A stretch of DNA of 63,810 bases, filler included, from Choristocarpus tenellus KU-1152 (taxonomy: Eukaryota > Protista > Phaeophyceae), in the NCBI GenBank assembly GCA_964200185.2. It is 4 parts of 4 records of this genome, joined end to end, with 100 filler letters (N's around TTAATTAATTAA, not from the genome) between each part and the next. Parts side by side here need not be neighbours in the genome. Positions count along the whole stretch, not along the records: positions 40,800 to 63,810 come from CAXNAD020000271.1; 3 more parts are not named here. One strand, written 5' to 3'. Made by a program: the position numbers and the translations under genes. The notes below the pieces were generated by a model. That model worked only from the letters and a program-made list of their open reading frames with translations. It was not told where the DNA came from and ran no database searches. Shown piece after piece: positions 61,076 through 63,810 of this stretch; position 1 is the stretch's first letter; every line of letters begins with the position of its first letter.

Positions 61076-62739
61076 AGGAAGGCGGAGTGTTGTAGAGTGC
61101 AGTTCAGGAAGGGGAGATGGATTCAATTAAATTGGACGTATTAGTTGGTGACCGGAAACCAGTGGCGATTATTGGTCGTATTGATGGAAAGTGGTCATGT
61201 TACAGAACATTCCATCATAGCTTACCTCCACGGAATATGCAGCTCCACTCCACAAGCCTATAGATGGCACTAATGCGTGTGCAGGACGCCTCAGATATAC
61301 CAACGGCCTGATGACCAACGAGGATGGTGGTTATCAGATTGGAGATGAAGGTGTGGTTCCTTTCGATATGAGTTTACCACAACAAGAGATGAAAGAGGCT
61401 TTGGGGTGCTCCCTGTCCATGATTTCTGTTCTCATCAGTTTTGCAGACACCATAATACATCTGAAAACCTTTACTTTATTTCAAGGTACAGATTTTACAC
61501 TGTAGAGATATATCGAATCGGACTTCCATATTTGGGGTTCCACGCATACGCTTACTGCTCGCATTGGTTAGAGTGTGAGAAGAAACGCTTGTGCTACTCG
61601 CCTGTAACAGTCATGTTGGATGTGCCATTATTGACTGCATTGAATTGGTTGGTGAGTGGATACGTGGAAATCAGCCATATTGGATGCGCGGAAAGTGGCC
61701 GCTGTGGTTGGGTACTATATATGCGGGAAATGGCTACATATTGTGTAGGGTAACAAGGATAGTGTGTGGAGGAAAGAAACAAGCAGTGTAAAATTGGTAG
61801 AGGAGGAATAGAGTGGATGGAAGGCTAAGACTAGGCTGACAAACTAATCTTAAATTCGTGAGAAAAACAAGAAGATGTATATCATAAATGGGACCTAGTG
61901 CCAAAAAAGGCAAGCCATAAGTCAAGTCCACAGAAATGCAAAGAGAAATTTACTCCACAGAGTTATAGAAAAGCTCCTTAAGGGAAGTATTGCCCCAATG
62001 ATTGTCACATAGGAAAAACTAGAAATATAAGGGACAACGTAACAAAACATTGCAACACAATAGAGACCAAAATGGAAAAATCCTGTAAGGAATACGACGA
62101 ACATGGATAGAGAAAGAACTACTATGTGAGATACGTTAACTTGAAAATAATAGTCGAAGTAAGCGAGAGGTACACACAGTTCTATTTTAAGGATCTCGCC
62201 AAATATCTACAAAATTCGACTTTATTCAAAACGTGTAGGACATTTTCCTAATTATGTCGAAAACCTTTCTGTCAAGCCTCTCCTACCTAGCCCATGGACC
62301 TGGAGTCTCTAGTTTAAACCTCGAAACTTCTTGGGTATGGTCACCTGACCAATGATGAAATAATAATCTACCCAACCGGAACTTTTCAACTCCCTTTCTG
62401 GTAAGACCGTCCGGCCCCCTACCTCCTACGAAATGGGTCGCCACCTCATCTAGAAATGGACCTGTCTGTGTACAAAGACGCTCTAAGCTCTCCACCACGA
62501 AGGTACTGAGGTTTAAATTACAAGGATCAGAGGATCCCTGTTTGCGCTTACGGGTCTCTGCAGAATCAGTGGTGATGCCATTATTCATTGATGAGTTGTG
62601 GAGGTGGCAGACCCAAGGGTTGGCCCCTTGTTCACATCATCCATATTGTAAGGCTACAGTGGGTGATCGATCAATTAATTGATTGATTATAATGCTGTTG
62701 TAATATCAAAGTAAAGGTATTGCTTGTAGTAGGAAGATG

Positions 62740-62920
62740 GGAGCAGTAAGGTGGACAGGAGAAAAATTGGTGGATATATTTCCAACACGACCTTGAGAAG
62801 TTGGGGATTAATGTTGAGGGTTGGACCATTGGGGCATTTGACCAGCAGAAGTGGTATGAGTTTGTGGCTGCTGACATAATGAATGAGCTTCACGGTAGGA
62901 TGGCATTCCATGGAAGCCAT
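62740..62920 (+). mobile_element. Degenerate RTE-type LINE 3' fragment
   Basis: GGQEKNWWIYFQHDLEKLGINVEGWTIGAFDQQKWYEFV; same ORF2 C-terminal pattern as 10660-11180. Confidence 0.65.
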
Positions 62921-63753
62921 GAGAGCTACTGTACACTATGCTAAAGCAGTAGCTAAGGTGACCCAAATCACCAACACAACCACCATCAATGGTGAATGCT
63001 GCTTTCTTCCTGTATTCTCTGTTCACTGATTATCTTGCATCCAATGTTCTTTATACTTCTTCTCTTCCCTCGTATTGTTATTGGCATTGGAAAATATAAC
63101 TAGAAATAGGCAAGTGGCAAGTGCATTTCTAATAGGGTCAAACAAAACGAATACAGAACAAAAGCTCCCAAACTTCAAGACATCGCGCTTCAATCCTTCC
63201 TTCTGGGAATATACCTGAGTTAGATAACAAAAAGGTGGGGTGGCCCTCCCTTGCCATGGAAGCAAACGTGTATGGAGTGAGTGATATCGGGCTTATGTTT
63301 TTTCCACCTGGGGTTTCTCTTCATTTTATTTTTTTCTCTCTTTTCTCTCTTTTTTTTCTCTCTCTCTCTTCTTTCACTGCTTTGCTTTTCTTTATGGTTC
63401 TTGATGCCTTCTCAAGCATTGTGTATAATCAGTATCTGGGTACTAATAATAGATACACGAAGTACTACATATCTCAAGTGGGTCAACTTGCCTGCTCATT
63501 TCCTGATGTTCTTTCCTGGTGTGTCTCCAGACCCATTCCCATGTACCATAGCACTGACCAACTAATTGAAGAAGCTCTCTGCTTCCATGTTAACTCGCCC
63601 AACACTTTTGAGAATAAAGTTATTACCCTTGGCAGAATCATATGATTGCGAAAGAAACCAAAAATGGTATGGATAATGAAATGTACACCGTCAGTGGTAT
63701 ACAATGTGTGCTGGTGGTAAATAATATAACATTAGACCTATCCGAGCCAAAGG

Positions 63754-63799
63754 GACCCAAAGTGTCTGGGGGGGGGGGGAGGGTCTACACCAGGGTGTC
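63754..63799 (+). mobile_element. MITE family B left end
   Basis: GACCCAAAGTGTCTGGGG...GGTCTACACCAGGGTGTC. Confidence 0.65.
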
Positions 63800-63810
63800 A
63801 GACCATGACC

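Noticed and set aside
61311-62590. Short ORFs upstream of DIS3L2
   Set aside because: No identifiable homology or splice-consistent model

Overview
Eukaryotic, intron-rich genomic DNA, not prokaryotic. The LINE and mariner remnants suggest a brown alga or close stramenopile relative (inference). The window is four contigs joined by artificial 100-bp spacers (N-run + TTAATTAATTAA + N-run), so adjacency across those joins is not meaningful. I reconstructed seven spliced genes by hand: VPS72/YL1 (3'-truncated), DHX16/Prp2 (5'-truncated), DCTN5, TIMELESS/Tof1 (5'-truncated), HSP10, a catalytically degenerate enolase-like gene with an N-terminal docking-type domain, and DIS3L2. The remainder is decayed transposons (two related Tourist/PIF-like MITE families with 3-bp TSDs, mariner, RTE LINE, probable solo LTRs) and tandem repeats. 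Most notable: the pseudo-enolase sharing a ~305-bp divergent promoter with HSP10; CpG-depleted gene bodies versus CpG-rich 5' ends; an excess of AAG splice acceptors; and an inverted mariner pair upstream of DCTN5. I found no CRISPR array and cannot firmly support a novel multi-gene system.
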